In this document: positions 39,347 to 49,216 of the stretch, in pieces
Layout of the letters: the number at the start of each line of letters is the position of its first letter
How positions within the stretch are numbered: position 1 is the stretch's first letter
DNA from: Pseudomonadota bacterium
GTDB lineage: Bacteria; Pseudomonadota; Alphaproteobacteria; Rhodobacterales; Rhodobacteraceae
Reading direction: 5' to 3'
NCBI GenBank assembly: GCA_039184415.1
Contig: JBCDBB010000001.1
Span: 402 to 64,401 of the forward strand
Length of the DNA stretch: 64,000 bases
The notes under the pieces: model-generated
Told to the model about the DNA's origin: nothing
Databases searched by the model: none
The model's input: the letters and a program-made list of their open reading frames with translations, nothing else
Program-made: the position numbers and the translations under genes

Positions 39347-40822
39347 TCAGAGGAAGGCTGTCTCTTCAAAACTGCGCAATTTCCGGCTGTGGATGCGCTC
39401 GAGGGGCATTTCGCGGATCAGCTCCATCGCGCGGATCCCGATCTCGAGATGGCGTGCAACCTGGGTCCGGTAGAAGTCCGAGGCCATCCCCGGCAGTTTC
39501 AATTCGCCATGGAGCGGCTTGTCGGACACGCACAGAAGCGTGCCGTAAGGCACCCGGAACCGGAACCCGTTCGCGGCGATTGTTGCGCTCTCCATATCCA
39601 GCGCCACGGCGCGAGACTGCGACAGGCGTTGAACGGGCCCGGAATTGTCGCGGAGCTCCCAGTTGCGGTTGTCGACCGAGGCCACGGTTCCGGTGCGCAT
39701 GATCCGCTTAAGCTCGAACCCGTCGATGCTGCTGATCTCCTCAACCGCCTGCTGCAGGGCAATCTGGATCTCAGCGAGCGGCGGGATCGGCACCCAGACC
39801 GGCAGGTCGTCGTCCAGCACGTGATCCTCGCGCAGATAGGCGTGGGCCAGCACATAGTCCCCCAGCCGCTGGGTGTTGCGTAGCCCCGCACAGTGCCCGA
39901 CCATCAGCCAGGCATGGGGCCGCAGCACGGCAATATGGTCGGTCGCCGTCTTGGCGTTGGACGGGCCCACCCCGATATTGACGAGGCTGATCCCGGCCTC
40001 GCCCGCGCGCTTGAGATGATAGGTCGGCATCTGGGGCATCTTGGCAGGATGCAACAGTTCGTCCTCGGGACCCGTGATCTCGGCGTCACCCGGCCCCACC
40101 AGCGCAGTATAGCCCTGCGAGGGGTCCGCGAGCATCCGGCGCGCGTAGGCTTCGAACTCCTCGACATAGAACTGATAGTTGGTGAAGAGGATATGGTTCT
40201 GGAAATGCCTGGCGTCGGTCGCCGTGTAATGCGCCAGCCGCGCGAGCGAATAGTCCACCCGAGGGGCGGTAAAGGGCGCAAGCGGCATGGTCCCGTCCGG
40301 CAGGGCCGGGGCCACGCCGTTGACGATGTCGTCGTTGGTCGTCGTCAGGTCCGGCACGTCGAAATAGTCGCGCAGGGGAAAGGACAGCGCGCCCTCGTGA
40401 GGCACCGGGCGCCCGGCAAGGGCAAAATGCAGCGGCATCGGCGTGTCCGACCAGCCGACGGTCACGGGCACGTCATGGTTCCGCTGCACCAGATCGATCT
40501 GCTGCCGCAGATAGTTGGCGAACAGATCAGGCCGCGTGATGGTCGCGGAGTACTCTCCCGGCCCCGGTGCGTGACCAAAGCTCAGCCGGCTGTCGATCGT
40601 GGCATGGGTGTCCACCGACAGGTGAAGCTTCGGATAGAACGCCCGGTGCCGCAGCGCCTCCTGCGGGGCCGCCAGCACACGCTCAAAGGCTTCGCGCAGA
40701 AACCCCGTCGCCGTGTCATAGCGGGTCCCGAGCTCCGCAACCGCGGCATCGGCATCGGTGAAGCTGCGGTCCGCCTCCTTAGGCGGGGTGAGAATCCGGG
40801 CGTTGTCCGAAGGGCTGACCAT
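39347..40822 (-). CDS. amn: AMP nucleosidase
   Basis: N-terminal Amn domain plus a PNP/UDP phosphorylase-like catalytic domain (NIGVGPSNAKTATDH...DMESATIAANG). Confidence 0.85.
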   Translation of the reverse strand: MVSPSDNARILTPPKEADRSFTDADAAVAELGTRYDTATGFLREAFERVLAAPQEALRHRAFYPKLHLSVDTHATIDSRLSFGHAPGPGEYSATITRPDLFANYLRQQIDLVQRNHDVPVTVGWSDTPMPLHFALAGRPVPHEGALSFPLRDYFDVPDLTTTNDDIVNGVAPALPDGTMPLAPFTAPRVDYSLARLAHYTATDARHFQNHILFTNYQFYVEEFEAYARRMLADPSQGYTALVGPGDAEITGPEDELLHPAKMPQMPTYHLKRAGEAGISLVNIGVGPSNAKTATDHIAVLRPHAWLMVGHCAGLRNTQRLGDYVLAHAYLREDHVLDDDLPVWVPIPPLAEIQIALQQAVEEISSIDGFELKRIMRTGTVASVDNRNWELRDNSGPVQRLSQSRAVALDMESATIAANGFRFRVPYGTLLCVSDKPLHGELKLPGMASDFYRTQVARHLEIGIRAMELIREMPLERIHSRKLRSFEETAFL

Positions 40823-40915
40823 GTCTGAATGTCCTGCAAGCGGTGTGCGGACCAGACACAAGCGCCGCGCCCGCTGCAAGGGGCAATTCGCGCGCCCCGG
40901 CCAGCGCGCGGCGGC

Positions 40916-42760
40916 TCACCGTTCGGTCAGCTTGATCTCGATCCGGCGGTTGCGCGCCCGTGCCTCGGGCGTGTCTGCGGCGTCGACCGGCTGGAACTCC
41001 GCGAATCCCGTTGCCGCCAGACGGTCGGGCGGAAACCCGTACGCGTCGATGAGGAACTGCACCACGGACAGCGCACGGCCCTGGCTCAGCTCCCAATTGT
41101 CCCGAAAGCGCCCGCCGCCGCTGACCGGCACATCGTCGGTATGCCCGTCGACGCGGATGATCCAGTTCAATTCCGAAGGCAGATCCTCCGACACCTCGCG
41201 CAGGACCGCGCCGACCTTTGCGATCTCGGTCGCGCCTTCGAAGGACAGTTGCGCCGAACCGCTCTCGAAAAGCACTTCGGAGGAAAACACGAACCGGTCG
41301 CCGACGATCTGCACGCCCTCCAGATCGCCCAGCACCTCGCGCAGGCGCCCGAAAAAGTCAGACCGGTAGTTCTCGAGACGCTGGGCTTCCCGGGCCAGGC
41401 GCTCCGCCTCCTCCTGAAGCCGGATACGTTCGGCTTCCTCGAGATCTGCGCGGCGACGCTGCTCGCTCGCAGCCTGGGCCAGGGCCGCATTGAGGCGCGT
41501 GCCCAGGGACTCGATCTGGACCTGCGCTTCGCTGTCGCGCGCCTCCGCGGCATCGAGCAGACCCTGCAGATTGCCCAGCTGGGCGCGCAGATCGGCGACT
41601 TGCTGATTCAGCAGTGCCATATCCCGGGCCGCATCGGCGCTGGCCTGTTCGGCCTCGGCAATTGTCCGGTCGGCGGCGGCAAGCAGCGCCTCGCGCCGCT
41701 CCGCCTCGCTCAGCGCCGCATCCGCTTCGGCTTCAGCGGCGGCGCGACGCGCCTCCGCCTCCGCACGGCGCGCCTCGGCTTCGGCGAAGGCCGCTTCGGC
41801 CGCAGCGCGCGCGGCATCCGCATCCTCGGCGGTCCCGGCGGACAAGGCCCGGGCGGCCTCTGCCTCGGTCAGGGCGGCCAGAGCCTCCTCCCGCGCAGCC
41901 TCCGCTTCGGCCCGGGCCGCCTGGGCGCGCTCGCGGGCCAGTTCCGCGGCAGCCAGAAGCGTCAGGGTGTCCTCGGCCTCCTGCCTCTGTGCCTCGAGTG
42001 CGAGCGACATGCTGGTCAGTTCCGCATCCGCGTTGGCGAGCCGTTCGCGCAGCGCCTCCGCGGCGGCGGCCTCGGCCAGACGCGCGGCTTCGGCATCCGA
42101 CAGCGCCTCAGCCTGCGCCGCCGCCTCGGCTTCGCTCTCGGCGGCAATCTCGGCCTGCTGCGCCTCAAGATCCGCGATCATCGCCTCCAGCGCCTCGCGC
42201 CGGGCGGCATCGAGACGGGCCGCTTCAGTACCGGCATCGATCTCGTCGCGCGCCTGGGCCAGCGCCAGATCGAGCGCGGCCGCCTCGTCCATCGCCTCAA
42301 CGCGCGCGCTCTCGGACGCCTGAAGGTCGCCCTCCAACTCGTCGATTATGCCCAATGCGGCGTCCCGGTCGGCCAGAAGCGTGATGACCTGGGTCTGCAG
42401 ATCGCCCAACTCTTCGGCCTGGCGCTGCGCCCGCGCGGCGAGCGACGCCATCAGGGTTTCCTGAAGGGCAGCATCGGATTGCGCGTCTTCCAGATCGCCC
42501 TCAAGCCCTGCGACCTGGTCCTCCAGCCCCTCGGCGCGCTGTTGTTCGACCCCGAGTGCGCGGCCCAACTCGATCACCCGCGCGGTCAGCCGGTCGAGTT
42601 CCGTCTCCTGGCCAAGGATCTCTTCGGACTGGATCGACTGAACCACCATGAAGATCGTCAGGACGAAAATCAGCACCAGAAGCAGCGCGGTCATCGCATC
42701 GACGAAACCGGGCCATATGGAGGCCTGAAACCGCTGCCCGCTGCGCCGCGCCAGGGCCAT
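40916..42760 (-). CDS. MotB-like protein: N-terminal TM/plug with conserved Asp, Ala/Glu/Arg-rich coiled coil of about 400 aa, C-terminal OmpA-like peptidoglycan-binding domain
   Basis: WPGFVDAMTALLLVLIFVL (MotB YADFMT-type motif). Long AEAxR heptad-like region. C-terminus IRVDGHTDDVP...NWELSQGRALSV...ARARNRRIEIKL. An alternative GTG start at 42787 overlaps the upstream gene. Confidence 0.8.
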   Translation of the reverse strand: MALARRSGQRFQASIWPGFVDAMTALLLVLIFVLTIFMVVQSIQSEEILGQETELDRLTARVIELGRALGVEQQRAEGLEDQVAGLEGDLEDAQSDAALQETLMASLAARAQRQAEELGDLQTQVITLLADRDAALGIIDELEGDLQASESARVEAMDEAAALDLALAQARDEIDAGTEAARLDAARREALEAMIADLEAQQAEIAAESEAEAAAQAEALSDAEAARLAEAAAAEALRERLANADAELTSMSLALEAQRQEAEDTLTLLAAAELARERAQAARAEAEAAREEALAALTEAEAARALSAGTAEDADAARAAAEAAFAEAEARRAEAEARRAAAEAEADAALSEAERREALLAAADRTIAEAEQASADAARDMALLNQQVADLRAQLGNLQGLLDAAEARDSEAQVQIESLGTRLNAALAQAASEQRRRADLEEAERIRLQEEAERLAREAQRLENYRSDFFGRLREVLGDLEGVQIVGDRFVFSSEVLFESGSAQLSFEGATEIAKVGAVLREVSEDLPSELNWIIRVDGHTDDVPVSGGGRFRDNWELSQGRALSVVQFLIDAYGFPPDRLAATGFAEFQPVDAADTPEARARNRRIEIKLTER

Positions 42761-42764
42761 GGGC

Positions 42765-43952
42765 TCAGCCTCCGCCGCCACCACCACCGTCGCCGGTGGC
42801 GCGTTCGATCACATCGGTCAGCCGCTTCAAATCGTGGCGCAACTCGCCCAGCGTTTCCTGACGTCCGGCACTGAGTTCTTCGAGGATCCTCAGCATCTGC
42901 ACATCGATGCTCCGCAGACGCATCTTGGTCTCGGCATCCTCTCCGGCGGTTTCCTCGCGCTGGGCGAGCGCCACGATCAGCTGCTCCTGGCCTTCCGCGA
43001 TCCGCGCCAGGGCGGCTGCGGTCGCATCCCCGGCCTCAAGCCGCGCGCCCAGCCCCGCGACCGAAGCCGCGATCTCTCCCAGCCGCGCGTCGAGCTTGTC
43101 GCGTGTCTCGTCGGACCGTTCGATCACCGCCTGCATCGACGCGGTCTGACCGTCCATCGCCTCCAGAAGAGCGCCCAGAATGGCCTGCTCGGGGCTTGCG
43201 TCGCCCTCCCCGTCCGGCCCGGCAAACCCGAGCCGGGTAAAGGTCGATAGCCATTCCTCAAGCTCTCGGTAGAAGCGGTTCTGACCGTGCCCGGCCAGCA
43301 GCTCCAGGAGACCCACCACCAGCGACCCAGCCAGCCCCAGCAGCGATGAGGCAAAGGCCGTGCCCATCCCGCCAAGCTGGCGTTCCAAACCGCCGATCAG
43401 CCGGGCGAAGACGGCGGTGCTCTCCTCGCCATCCTGGGGCGCCAGCGACCGGATCGTGTCGACCACCGCCGGCACGGTCGTGGCCAGCCCGTAGAAGGTG
43501 CCCAGAAGCCCCAGAAAGATCAGCAGATTGACGATGTAGCGCGTGATGTCGCGCGCCTCGTCGATGCGGGTGGCGACCGAATCGAGGATCGAGCGCGCCG
43601 AGGAGGCCCCGATCTGCGCCGTCGCCCCGCGCGAGCCCAGCAGCGCTGCCAGCGGTGCCAGCAGCCGTGGGGCGTCCCCCATCTCGGTCTTGTCGCGGTG
43701 GCGCACGAAGCTCTCGATCCAACCGACCGAGGAAAAAAGCTGCAGCACCTGCCAGAAGCACGCCAGCACACCGACGACGAAGACCGTCCCGATGACCCCG
43801 TTCAGCCAAGGGTTGGCCAAAAAGACCGGCGCAACCCGCGGATAGGCGACATAGGCGCCGGCGACGAAAGCCGCGACCACCAGCAGCATCGTCACGATCT
43901 GCCGGGTCGGCCGGGTAAAGCGGGGCGTCAGGGTGCGTTCGGGCGCTCTCAT
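42765..43952 (-). CDS. MotA/TolQ/ExbB-family proton-channel protein with a C-terminal helical tail of about 150 aa
   Basis: 4 TM. Signature NLLIFLGLLGTFYGL and GMGTAFASSLLGLAGSLVVG. Tail ends in GDGGGGGGG. Confidence 0.8.
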   Translation of the reverse strand: MRAPERTLTPRFTRPTRQIVTMLLVVAAFVAGAYVAYPRVAPVFLANPWLNGVIGTVFVVGVLACFWQVLQLFSSVGWIESFVRHRDKTEMGDAPRLLAPLAALLGSRGATAQIGASSARSILDSVATRIDEARDITRYIVNLLIFLGLLGTFYGLATTVPAVVDTIRSLAPQDGEESTAVFARLIGGLERQLGGMGTAFASSLLGLAGSLVVGLLELLAGHGQNRFYRELEEWLSTFTRLGFAGPDGEGDASPEQAILGALLEAMDGQTASMQAVIERSDETRDKLDARLGEIAASVAGLGARLEAGDATAAALARIAEGQEQLIVALAQREETAGEDAETKMRLRSIDVQMLRILEELSAGRQETLGELRHDLKRLTDVIERATGDGGGGGGG

Positions 43953-44515
43953 GGGGCGGCCTCGTCTGATTTGATGCGGCGCACCCGGTCGGCCAGCCAG
44001 TCCAGATCGGGGTCGGGCAGCGCCAGTTCGTGTAAATGCTCCACTGTGTTGTAGAGATAGGCGTCATTGGGCCCCCGCCCGCCCACGGCCTGCGCGATCA
44101 CCTCGGCCTGACGTTCCAGCGGCAGCCCCCCGCAATACTGCACATGGGTCGGATCAACGACGTAGGTCAGCGCCTCGACCTCGCGCCCGTCGCGCAAGGA
44201 CAGGGTTACCCGCCGCTCCAGATAGGCCGAAGAGATCAGCTCCCGCTCCCGCAGCACCGCCAGCGTCTCGTCCGCGCCCTCTTGGCCGATCCCGAACGCC
44301 ACACCGGCACAGCGTGCGCCGGGCTGGGCATCCAGCGCCAGCACAAGGCCGGGATCCTCTTCGGTCCCGCGATGGTGAATCGACCACATGCAGAACGAGC
44401 GGTGCCAGCCGGTCAGCGTAGCCAGCTGCCGGTCCACAGGCGTGAACCCCGGATGCCACATCAGCGATCCGTACCCGAAGACCCACAGCGCCACGTCGCC
44501 GTCCTGATCTGTCAT
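43949..44515 (-). CDS. chaC: ChaC-family gamma-glutamylcyclotransferase
   Basis: LWVFGYGSLMWHPGF...GWHRSFCMWSIHHRGTEEDPGLVLALD. Its stop overlaps the start of the motA-like gene (ATGA). Confidence 0.85.
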   Translation of the reverse strand: MTDQDGDVALWVFGYGSLMWHPGFTPVDRQLATLTGWHRSFCMWSIHHRGTEEDPGLVLALDAQPGARCAGVAFGIGQEGADETLAVLRERELISSAYLERRVTLSLRDGREVEALTYVVDPTHVQYCGGLPLERQAEVIAQAVGGRGPNDAYLYNTVEHLHELALPDPDLDWLADRVRRIKSDEAAP

Positions 44516-44536
44516 GCCTGCCCGACTGGTCCTTTG

Positions 44537-44552
44537 TTACAAGGCCTTGTAA
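44537..44552. promoter_or_regulatory. Perfect 16-bp palindrome TTACAAGGCCTTGTAA (candidate operator)
   Basis: Lies in the 70-bp divergent intergenic region between the chaC operon and the DUF2125 gene. Confidence 0.35.
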
Positions 44553-44585
44553 ACACCAGCGCGCCCGGAACCGAAAGGCCCGCCC

Positions 44586-45590
44586 ATGCGAATCCTGCTC
44601 GCTGTGATCCTCGTGTCAGCCCTCGCCTGGTCAGGCTACTGGTTTTTGGGCGCCCAGACGGTGGAGCGCGGCCTGTCAGCCTGGCTCGACCAGCGTGCGG
44701 AGGAGGGCTGGATCGCCGAATATGCCTCCCTCGACACCGCCGGGTACCCCAACCGCTTCGACACGACGATCACCGAGCTGGAACTGGCCGATCCCGAGAC
44801 CGGCGTCGCCTGGACCACGCCGTTCTTCCAGATTCTGCAGCTCAGCTACAGACCGCACCATGTGATCGCCGTCTGGCCTGACGCGCAACGCGTCTCGACC
44901 CCCAACCAGAACATCGAGGTGACCAGCGACGTCTTCCGCGGCTCGATCGAATTCGTGCCTGGCCCGGCGCTGGCGTTGTCGGAGACGACGGTCGAGATGG
45001 CCGCACTCTCGCTGGTCTCGTCCGCCGACTGGACCGGCGCGCTGGAAACCGGTCAGCTGTCGCTGCGCGCCACCCCCGCGGCGGTCAACAGCTACGACGT
45101 CTATTTCGCCGCCCGCAATCTGACGCTGCCCGAACGGGTTCGGCGGATGGCCACGCAATCGGATCTGGTGGGCGACGTGGCCGAAACGTTGGCCGTCACC
45201 GCGACGGTGCGCTTCACCGCGCCGTGGGACCGGCGCGCGATCGAGGTCGCCCGCCCCCAGGTCACCCATATCGACCTGGATCTGGCCCAAGGCACCTGGG
45301 GGGAGCTCGATCTGCGTTTTGCCGGGGAGCTTGAAGTCGACGCCCTCGGCGTGCCGACCGGCGAGATCACCGTGAAGGCCACGAACTGGCGCGAGATGCT
45401 CGGGCTCGCTCAGCAGGCCGGCTGGATTCCGGCCAATCTCGCGCCGCTCCTCGAAGGCGGGCTGAACATGGTCGCCCGGCTTTCGGGCAACCCGGAGTCG
45501 ATCGACGCGCCGCTGGTCTTTTCGGACGGAAACGTGACGCTGGCCGGGCTGCTGCCGCTGGGGCCCGCGCCTCTCATCGTTCTCCGCTAG
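44586..45590 (+). CDS. DUF2125-like exported protein
   Basis: [34 protein letters not shown]... family recalled from its N-terminal pattern. Confidence 0.6.
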   Translation: MRILLAVILVSALAWSGYWFLGAQTVERGLSAWLDQRAEEGWIAEYASLDTAGYPNRFDTTITELELADPETGVAWTTPFFQILQLSYRPHHVIAVWPDAQRVSTPNQNIEVTSDVFRGSIEFVPGPALALSETTVEMAALSLVSSADWTGALETGQLSLRATPAAVNSYDVYFAARNLTLPERVRRMATQSDLVGDVAETLAVTATVRFTAPWDRRAIEVARPQVTHIDLDLAQGTWGELDLRFAGELEVDALGVPTGEITVKATNWREMLGLAQQAGWIPANLAPLLEGGLNMVARLSGNPESIDAPLVFSDGNVTLAGLLPLGPAPLIVLR

Positions 45591-45597
45591 GGTTGGC

Positions 45598-45626
45598 TTG
45601 ACAGCCCGACACGCTTTCGCCATATG
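45598..45626 (+). promoter_or_regulatory. Candidate sigma70 promoter for rpsD (TTGACA-17-CATATG)
   Basis: Consensus -35, 17-nt spacer, ATA-containing -10. It would give a leader of about 200 nt. Confidence 0.35.
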
Positions 45627-45831
45627 CGCGGCTTCATTGGTGTTGGCGGCCCCCGCGAGGGGATGCCTGTCGGCCGACCCCGCAAGGGCGAGGCAAAGGA
45701 CAACGCCCTTCATATCCGCAGCACCCGCTGCCGCCCCGCCGAACGGATCGAACGCTCCGCGCGTCTGCGACCCGGAAAGCGGGAACCGGTTTTCGGATCA
45801 CGGTGCGGAGCAAAAACGAAGGAGATCAGCC

Positions 45832-46452
45832 GTGACCAAACGCACGTCTGCCAAGTACAAGATCGACCGCCGGATGGGCGAAAACATCTGGGGCCGTCCG
45901 AAATCCCCGGTCAACCGCCGCGAATACGGCCCCGGCCAGCATGGCCAGCGCCGCAAGGGCAAGATGTCCGACTTCGGCCTGCAGCTCCGCGCCAAGCAGA
46001 AGCTCAAGGGCTATTACGGCGATCTGACTGAAAAGCAGTTCCGCCGCATCTATGCCGAGGCCGAGCGTGTCCGTGGCGACACCGGCGAGAACCTGATTGG
46101 CCTGTTGGAGCGCCGCCTCGATGCTGTGATCTACCGCGCGAAATTCGTACCCACGGTCTTTGCCGCGCGCCAGTTCGTGAACCACGGCCATGTCAAAGTG
46201 AACGGCAAGCGCGTCAACATCCCCTCCTACCGTGTGAAAGAGGGCGACCTGATCGAGGTGCGCGACAAGTCCAAGCAGCTGGCCATTGTGCTCGAAGCGG
46301 TCAGCCTCGCGGAGCGTGACGTGCCGGACTATATCGAGGCCGACCATTCCAAGATGACCGCCACTTTCGTGCGTACACCGGGTCTCGGCGACGTGCCCTA
46401 CCCGGTGCAAATGGAACCGAACCTCGTCATCGAATACTACGCGCAGAACTGA
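45832..46452 (+). CDS. rpsD: 30S ribosomal protein S4
   Basis: GTG start after [31 protein letters not shown]... Confidence 0.95.
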   Translation: MTKRTSAKYKIDRRMGENIWGRPKSPVNRREYGPGQHGQRRKGKMSDFGLQLRAKQKLKGYYGDLTEKQFRRIYAEAERVRGDTGENLIGLLERRLDAVIYRAKFVPTVFAARQFVNHGHVKVNGKRVNIPSYRVKEGDLIEVRDKSKQLAIVLEAVSLAERDVPDYIEADHSKMTATFVRTPGLGDVPYPVQMEPNLVIEYYAQN

Positions 46453-46497
46453 TGCCGTGAACGGCGCCCTGTCGATCAGGGTGTATTGCCGATTTCG

Positions 46498-46530
46498 AGG
46501 CCGCGACGGGATCCCGCCGCGGCCTTTTCT
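46498..46530 (+). terminator. Rho-independent terminator after rpsD
   Basis: AGGCCGCGACGGGA/TCCCGCCGCGGCCT hairpin followed by TTTTCT. Confidence 0.65.
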
Positions 46531-46646
46531 TACCGGCGGCCCAAGGCGCGGTTGGCGGCGCCGCTAACCGTGAGATCGACCATGACTTGCACCGCGCCGC
46601 CACAACCCCTTTCTATCGCAGGGGGTTTTGGGTGCGGTTCGATGCA

Positions 46647-47144
46647 ATGCGTTTCTGGATAGGAATGGTGCTCACTTGGGCCCTGGCGGGCTGTGATCCC
46701 GTCACGCCGGTTTCGGGAACCGTCCGCGTCATCGACGGCGACACCCTCTCGCTCGATGGCCGGTCAGTGCGCCTGAGCGGGATCGACGCGCCGGAACTGG
46801 ACCAGCGCTGCGGCGACCGGGCCTGCGGCCGCGATGCACGGGCTTTCCTGTCCGACGCCGTTGCCGGCCGGGCCGTGACCTGCCGCGGCAGCGAACGGGA
46901 CCGATACGGCCGCACAATTGCAACCTGCGCGGTCGGAGAGACCGATCTGGGCGCGCTGATGGTCCGGTCGGGACATGCCGTTGCCTATCGCCGCTACTCC
47001 ACGGCCTATCTCGGCGAGGAACGCGCGGCCCGTGCTGCCGGCCTCGGTGTCTGGGGGGCAGAGAGCTTCGAGATGCCCTGGGACCACCGCGCTGCACGGC
47101 GAGCGGGGCTTGCCGGCACGTCGGACTACACCCGGATCCGGTAG
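46647..47144 (+). CDS. Thermonuclease (SNase-like) family protein, lipoprotein-like signal
   Basis: VRVIDGDTLSLDGRSVRLSGIDAPE...RYGRTIATC. Start chosen at MRFWIGMVLTWALAGC. Confidence 0.75.
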   Translation: MRFWIGMVLTWALAGCDPVTPVSGTVRVIDGDTLSLDGRSVRLSGIDAPELDQRCGDRACGRDARAFLSDAVAGRAVTCRGSERDRYGRTIATCAVGETDLGALMVRSGHAVAYRRYSTAYLGEERAARAAGLGVWGAESFEMPWDHRAARRAGLAGTSDYTRIR

Positions 47145-47210
47145 GATTCCGCGCTGGTCACCGGTTCCGGGCCCAGCTAGAAGACTGCGCAGATCGCGCA
47201 AGAGTGAACC

Positions 47211-48299
47211 ATGACGACCCAACCCCAGCCGCAGCCGGGCATTCTCGATATCGCGCTCTATCAGGGCGGGGCCTCGGCCATCGACGGCGTCGATAACGTC
47301 GTCAAGCTGTCATCCAACGAAAACCCTTTCGGCCCCTCGCCCGCCGCGATCGAGGCCGTGCGCGTCTCCGCCGCCAATCTGCACCGCTATCCACCCACCG
47401 ACCACGGCGCCCTGCGCGCCGCCATCGCCGCGACCCACGGGCTCGACCCCGACCGGATCATCTGCGGCGTAGGGTCTGACGAAGTCATCAACTGGCTCTG
47501 CCAGGCCTATGCTGGCCCCGGCGATGAGGTGCTCCATTCAGAGCACGGGTTTTCCATGTACCGCATTTCGGCCCTGGGCGCCGGGGCCACGCCGGTGGCA
47601 GCACCGGAGCGAGAGCGTGTGACCGATGTCGACGCCCTGCTTGAGGCCTGTACGGCCCGCACCCGGCTCGTCTTCGTCGCCAACCCCAACAACCCGACCG
47701 GCACGATGATCGGCGGCAATGAGCTTGCGCGCCTTGCCGACGGCATCCCGGACCGCGCGATCCTGGTGCTCGACGGCGCCTATGCCGAGTTCGTGCCGGG
47801 CTATGACGGCGGTGCGCGCCTCGCCACCGACCGGCCGAACGTGGTCATGACGCGCACCTTCTCCAAGCTCTACGGGCTGGGCGGCCTGCGTATCGGGTGG
47901 GGCTACGGCCCGCGCGGGATCATTGATGTGCTGAATCGCCTGCGCGGTCCCTTCAACCTCTCGGGCACCGCGCTGGCCGCGGCCGAAGCCGCTATCCGCG
48001 ACCGCGCCTATACCGACCACTGCCTCGCCGAAAACGCGCGCCTGCGGGTCTGGCTGGCCGAAGCACTGGCCGCCATCGGCGTGCCCTCGGATGTCAGCCA
48101 CACGAATTTCATCCTCGCCCGCTTCCGCGACCCCGAAGAGGCCGATGCCTGCGATGCCCATCTCAAGCGCGACGGGCTGATCGTGCGCAAGGTGGCCGGC
48201 TACGGGCTGCCCAACTGCCTGCGCATCACCGTCGGCGACGAGCCCGCCTGCCGCCGCGTCGCAGCCTCGGTCGCCGCCTTCAAGGGCCGGGCCGCGTGA
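47211..48299 (+). CDS. hisC: Histidinol-phosphate aminotransferase
   Basis: Class-II aminotransferase ([29 protein letters not shown]). Confidence 0.9.
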   Translation: MTTQPQPQPGILDIALYQGGASAIDGVDNVVKLSSNENPFGPSPAAIEAVRVSAANLHRYPPTDHGALRAAIAATHGLDPDRIICGVGSDEVINWLCQAYAGPGDEVLHSEHGFSMYRISALGAGATPVAAPERERVTDVDALLEACTARTRLVFVANPNNPTGTMIGGNELARLADGIPDRAILVLDGAYAEFVPGYDGGARLATDRPNVVMTRTFSKLYGLGGLRIGWGYGPRGIIDVLNRLRGPFNLSGTALAAAEAAIRDRAYTDHCLAENARLRVWLAEALAAIGVPSDVSHTNFILARFRDPEEADACDAHLKRDGLIVRKVAGYGLPNCLRITVGDEPACRRVAASVAAFKGRAA

Positions 48300-49216
48300 G
48301 CCGGATCTACGACCGTGTCGCGCTGATCGGGCTGGGGCTGATCGCAGGCTCCATGGCCCACGCGATGCGCCGTGCGGATCTGGCCGGCGAAATCGTCGGC
48401 ACAGCCCGGTCCGAGGACACACGCCGCATCGCCCGCGAGATCGGGCTCTGCGACCGCGTCACCGACACCGCCGCCGATGCCGTGGACGGCGCCGACCTCG
48501 TGGTGCTATGCGTTCCGGTGGGCGCGATGGGCGCCGTCGCCGCAGAGATCGCCCCCCGGCTGGCGCCCGGGGCCACGATCTCTGACGTGGGCTCGGTCAA
48601 GCGCGCGGTCATCAAGGCCGTTGCCCCGCATCTGCCCGACAATGTGCATTTCATCCCGGCCCATCCCCTCGCTGGTACCGAGCATAGCGGCCCACGCTCT
48701 GGTTTTGCGGAGCTCTTCGACAATCGTTTCACGCTCCTGCTGCCCGATGAGAGCACCGATCCCGACGCTCTGGCCAGGCTCCGGGCGCTCTGGGAAGGAA
48801 TGGGCGCCAATGTCGAGGACATGTCCGTGGACCGCCACGACCTCGTCCTGGCCGTGACCTCCCACGCCCCGCACCTGATCGCTTACACGATGGTCGGCGT
48901 GGCCGACGACCTGCGCCGCGTGACCGGTCAGGAGGTGATTAAATACTCGGCCGCCGGCTTCCGCGATTTCACCCGGATCGCCGCGTCGGACCCGACGATG
49001 TGGCGCGACGTGTTCCTCAACAACAAAGAGGCCACGATCGAGATCCTGGGGCGCTTCACGGAGGAGCTTTTTGCACTCCAGCGAGCCATTCGGACCAGCG
49101 ACGGCGACGCGCTCTTCGATTATTTCACCCGTACCCGCGCGATCCGGCGCGGCATCATCGAGGCTGGCCAGGACACGGACGCGCCCGATTTCGGAAGGGG
49201 CGCGCCAAAGCCATGA
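48296..49216 (+). CDS. tyrC: Prephenate/arogenate (cyclohexadienyl) dehydrogenase
   Basis: [16 protein letters not shown] Rossmann motif, [15 protein letters not shown]. Start overlaps the hisC stop. Confidence 0.85.
   Translation: MSRIYDRVALIGLGLIAGSMAHAMRRADLAGEIVGTARSEDTRRIAREIGLCDRVTDTAADAVDGADLVVLCVPVGAMGAVAAEIAPRLAPGATISDVGSVKRAVIKAVAPHLPDNVHFIPAHPLAGTEHSGPRSGFAELFDNRFTLLLPDESTDPDALARLRALWEGMGANVEDMSVDRHDLVLAVTSHAPHLIAYTMVGVADDLRRVTGQEVIKYSAAGFRDFTRIAASDPTMWRDVFLNNKEATIEILGRFTEELFALQRAIRTSDGDALFDYFTRTRAIRRGIIEAGQDTDAPDFGRGAPKP

Noticed and set aside
40916-43952. Calling the MotA/MotB-like pair a Zorya defence system
   Set aside because: No ZorC/D/E/F/G-like genes (helicase, nuclease etc.) are adjacent. 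The long helical extension is on the B subunit (periplasmic side) rather than on the A subunit. I kept it only as an architectural analogy.
45598-45831. 78-codon N-terminal extension of rpsD in the ORF track (284-aa ORF)
   Set aside because: S4 homology starts at GTG 45832, directly after AAGGAG. The upstream part is the untranslated leader, and its TTG start coincides with the putative -35 box.
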